From: Naegleria gruberi
Taxonomy: Eukaryota
Strand: one strand, 5' to 3'
Length of the DNA stretch: 1,562 nucleotides
NCBI GenBank assembly: GCA_000004985.1
Contig: GG739380.1
Positions 1 to 1,562 of this stretch are shown piece by piece; positions within the stretch are counted from its first letter, which is position 1, and every line of letters begins with the position of its first letter. A program made the translations under genes and the position numbers. The notes below the pieces were generated by a model, which worked only from the letters and a program-made list of their open reading frames with translations, was not told where the DNA came from and did not search any database.

Positions 1-2
1 AA

Positions 3-395
3 GATTCTTTCAAAAAGAAAGAGTTAACTGAAGAAGAAAAACGAAAGATTGAAGAGAGAAAGAAAGCATGGACTTTAACTTTATTCATGAGATTGTGTAA
101 TGTTTGTGAAGATGAAGCAAGGTATTATTTATCTATACATGATTTCGATTTTAAAGAAGCACTTCAAGAACATAAGAGTGATTTAGAATGGGAGCGAGAA
201 CATAATGAGAAATTGAGCAAAAAGAAGAGAAAGAAGCAAATTGACAATTTTTTAGATGAAAACCCAAGAGTAATGAACATTTTAAGATATTTATCATTTT
301 GCATTCCAAACAACATCAATTCTCGAAAAAAGAACAAGGATGTAGAATTAGATTTGATTCAGGATGATGTGATAGAATATGATAGTGATTATTGA
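3..395 (+). CDS. 3'-terminal part of a protein-coding gene (5' end outside window). C-terminal region has a UBA-like fold motif (LTLFMRLCNVCEDEARYYLSIHDFDFKEALQEH), a basic KKKRKK cluster and an acidic DSDY tail.
   Basis: Frame 3 is open from nt 3 to TGA at 393-395, so the listed ORF 87..395 is only the part after an internal Met. Codon usage is consistent with coding (GAA/AAA/AGA/TTG). The L..F..i..v.eeeAryyL....wD...Al pattern recalls UBA-like/TAP-C/p47-N-type three-helix domains, recognised from memory and not searched. An AATAAA hexamer directly follows the stop. Confidence 0.75.
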   Translation, partial: DSFKKKELTEEEKRKIEERKKAWTLTLFMRLCNVCEDEARYYLSIHDFDFKEALQEHKSDLEWEREHNEKLSKKKRKKQIDNFLDENPRVMNILRYLSFCIPNNINSRKKNKDVELDLIQDDVIEYDSDY

Positions 396-401
396 AATAA
401 A
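396..401 (+). other. AATAAA hexamer immediately after the stop codon of the upstream gene. Candidate polyadenylation positioning element.
   Basis: tgAAATAAAgc at 393-403, followed by a T/A-rich stretch (ttttatatcag 419-429) resembling yeast efficiency-element-like sequence. AT-rich context makes chance occurrence likely. Confidence 0.25.
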
Positions 402-852
402 GCAAAATCTTCCTATCATTTTATATCAGTAAGATCTTTACTAATCATATGACTACCTCCAAGAGTGACTCTTGAATCTAACATTTTCTTATTAGAATCT
501 GTTGAAGATTTTTGTTAGTGAAACTATTCGGGATATTGGACCAATCCTCTTTGCATGCAAACAGTTTTCATCCTTGCAATTCAATTTAATTTTATTTCTC
601 ATTGAAAAGAGATTCGAAACTATTTACTGTTAAACCTAACCAATATCTATCCATCCTTAAATTGAAACCTAAACTTGATGGAATAAACTTTTTAACACCA
701 GACAACTTGGCAGCATTTGTGAGTTGAAACATTTTCATGAGAGAGAAATTCTTTTACAATTTGAGATCCAAGATAACCACTGGACCCATTTCAACAGATG
801 GATGCTTTGAGGAGGACATGTTTGATTATAATAAGATTAATCATCCGGAAAT

Positions 853-870
853 AAAAAGAAAATTGGAAAA
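853..870 (-). terminator. RNA polymerase III terminator: T-runs on the minus strand (TTTT CC AA TTTT C TTTTT) directly 3' of the 5S gene
   Basis: + strand 851-870 ataaaaagaaaattggaaaa is TTTTCCAATTTTCTTTTTAT on the coding strand of the 5S gene. Pol III terminates at oligo(T) tracts. The first T4 may be weak, with T4 and T5 backups. Confidence 0.6.
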
Positions 871-989
871 AGACTACAGCACCACAGGTTCCCAAGTTGT
901 CTCCAACCTCAGTACTGATGTGGCTCGACGATGCTTAACTTCTCAAATCGGACGGGATGAGGTGTATTCATCGTGATATGGCCGTAGCC
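871..989 (-). rRNA. 5S ribosomal RNA gene (eukaryotic nuclear type, about 119 nt)
   Basis: Reverse complement reads GGCTACGGCCATATCACGATGAATACACCTCATCCCGTCCGATTTGAGAAGTTAAGCATCGTCGAGCCACATCAGTACTGAGGTTGGAGACAACTTGGGAACCTGTGGTGCTGTAGTCT. It carries the universal eukaryotic 5S signatures CGGCCATA, CCCGTCCGAT, AAGTTAAGC, AGTACT, GGAGAC and GGTGCTGTAG. The 5' GGCTACGGC and 3' GCTGTAGTC ends pair to form helix I with two G-U wobbles. The length is right and T-runs follow immediately. Ends are uncertain by about 2 nt. Confidence 0.9.
893..940 (-). promoter_or_regulatory. Type 1 RNA polymerase III internal control region of the 5S gene (box A-like at about 926-940, box C-like at about 893-910, + coordinates)
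   Basis: 5S positions 50-64 (AGTTAAGCATCGTCG) and 80-97 (GAGGTTGGAGACAACTTG) align with the TFIIIA-bound A box and C box of characterised 5S genes (Xenopus C box TGGATGGGAGACCGCCTG). Assignment is by position and similarity only. Confidence 0.5.
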
Positions 990-1011
990 ATTAGTGTATC
1001 AAAATGTGAAA

Positions 1012-1018
1012 CATAAAT
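1012..1018 (-). promoter_or_regulatory. AT-rich TATA-like element (ATTTATG) about 23-29 nt upstream of the 5S start
   Basis: Minus-strand upstream sequence is tgATTTATGtttcacattttgatacactaat|GGCTACGG. In several fungi (e.g. Schizosaccharomyces) 5S and tRNA genes need an upstream TATA element near -30. The position fits but the sequence is not a canonical TATAAA. Confidence 0.3.
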
Positions 1019-1226
1019 CAACTTCTCACAACTCTCTACCTTTCAAATCAGAAGATGAGAGATAGTAAAGGATAGAGAGCTTGGACACCCATCTCTTTTA
1101 TTAATTTGTTTATGCTGATAATGCTGGGTCGAACATTCCCAAGTTTCCTCAATTAACAATTCTAAACTCTTTAGGAAGAAACACTTACCCTTTCTGTAAT
1201 AATAAAAAAATTAAAAACACAAAAAA

Positions 1227-1562
1227 ATGCCCAAACTTGAAATTTTATCCTTGAGCGAATTTGTAAAACAAAATTCCTCAAATGACAAAATCATCTCGGA
1301 AATTCAATCCACAGTTCATAAAATTTTCACGAATGGTATGATTGATGGAATTCCAAAATATTATTTTAATGAATATTCGGAATTTATTGGATTATTATTT
1401 GGTGATGGATTATTACATACTGTGAAATTTAATTCTTGGATGGCACTGTTTAAGGATTATTTTGGATTTAAAATTCATATTGTTGTCTGGTCTGTTTTGT
1501 GCATTTGTTGGTGGTTGATTGGCATGATTTTGAAAGTTGGTACATTTCAAGTATCAGCAATC
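1227..1562 (+). CDS. 5' part of a protein-coding gene running off the window end (112 codons seen). The predicted product has a strongly hydrophobic, Trp-rich segment (IHIVVWSVLCICWWLIGMILKVGTF), consistent with a transmembrane helix. Function unknown.
   Basis: ATG at 1227 is the first in-frame ATG after a TAA at 1212-1214. Frame 3 is open to nt 1562 with no stop, so it is absent from the ORF track, which lists only complete ATG-to-stop ORFs. A-rich leader aaaaacacaaaaaaATG has A at -3. Translation: MPKLEILSLSEFVKQNSSNDKIISEIQSTVHKIFTNGMIDGIPKYYFNEYSEFIGLLFGDGLLHTVKFNSWMALFKDYFGFKIHIVVWSVLCICWWLIGMILKVGTFQVSAI. Confidence 0.7.
   Translation, partial: MPKLEILSLSEFVKQNSSNDKIISEIQSTVHKIFTNGMIDGIPKYYFNEYSEFIGLLFGDGLLHTVKFNSWMALFKDYFGFKIHIVVWSVLCICWWLIGMILKVGTFQVSAI

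Noticed and set aside
87-89. ATG at 87 as the true start of the upstream ORF (as implied by the ORF track)
   Set aside because: The same frame is open back to nt 3 with coding-like composition (DSFKKKELTEEEKRKIEERKKAWTLTLF precedes the Met). This is an internal Met of a longer protein whose 5' end is outside the window.
737-976. 79-aa + strand ORF from the six-frame track (MREKFFYNLRSKITTG...)
   Set aside because: Its 3' two-thirds is exactly antisense to the 5S rRNA gene (871-989). The open frame there comes from the structured RNA sequence. There is no codon-usage or leader support, so it is treated as spurious.
1126-1143. tRNA T-arm-like hairpin tgggTCGAACATTccca / GTTCGA motif
   Set aside because: The loop is 9 nt, not the canonical 7-nt TΨC loop. 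There is no acceptor stem, D-arm or anticodon arm on either strand, so no tRNA. TTCGAA at 612-620 likewise lacks the flanking 5-bp stem.
1263-1273. GTAAAACAAAA forkhead/FLEX-like motif
   Set aside because: It lies inside the coding region of the downstream gene (codons V-K-Q-N). It is most likely coding sequence that happens to resemble an A-rich site.
1334-1340. GGTATGA as an intron 5' splice donor inside the downstream CDS
   Set aside because: The reading frame stays open and codon-biased through and beyond it. There is no branchpoint or 3' AG pattern that would improve the model, so it is kept as exonic Gly-Met.
1-1562. Prokaryotic novel-system reading (operon, defence island, CRISPR, integron)
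   Set aside because: I see no Shine-Dalgarno-spaced starts, repeat-spacer arrays or compact operon. The 5S sequence is of eukaryotic nuclear type, terminators are Pol III T-runs, leaders are A-rich and Kozak/yeast-like, and genes are separated by AT-rich intergenic DNA. The window is ordinary eukaryotic housekeeping DNA.

Overview
This AT-rich window (about one third G+C by eye) looks like eukaryotic nuclear DNA, most plausibly from a fungus or yeast-like organism, not a prokaryotic accessory locus. It holds three features: (1) the 3' end of a + strand protein-coding gene (in frame from nt 3, stop TGA at 393-395) with a UBA-like fold, a basic KKKRKK cluster and an acidic tail; (2) an apparently intact 5S rRNA gene on the MINUS strand (about 871-989, 119 nt); (3) the 5' part of a + strand gene (ATG 1227) that runs off the window end and encodes a membrane protein. 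The ORF track misses the 5S gene and covers it with a spurious 79-aa + strand ORF (737-976). The 5S gene carries a eukaryotic-type internal control region. A T-run Pol III terminator and an AT-rich TATA-like element near -25 flank it. The 5S gene lies between two Pol II genes, which indicates a dispersed rather than rDNA-linked 5S organisation. I see no CRISPR, mobile element, tRNA or prokaryotic defence system. The hidden ncRNA gene and a compact divergent Pol III/Pol II promoter region are the main points of interest.
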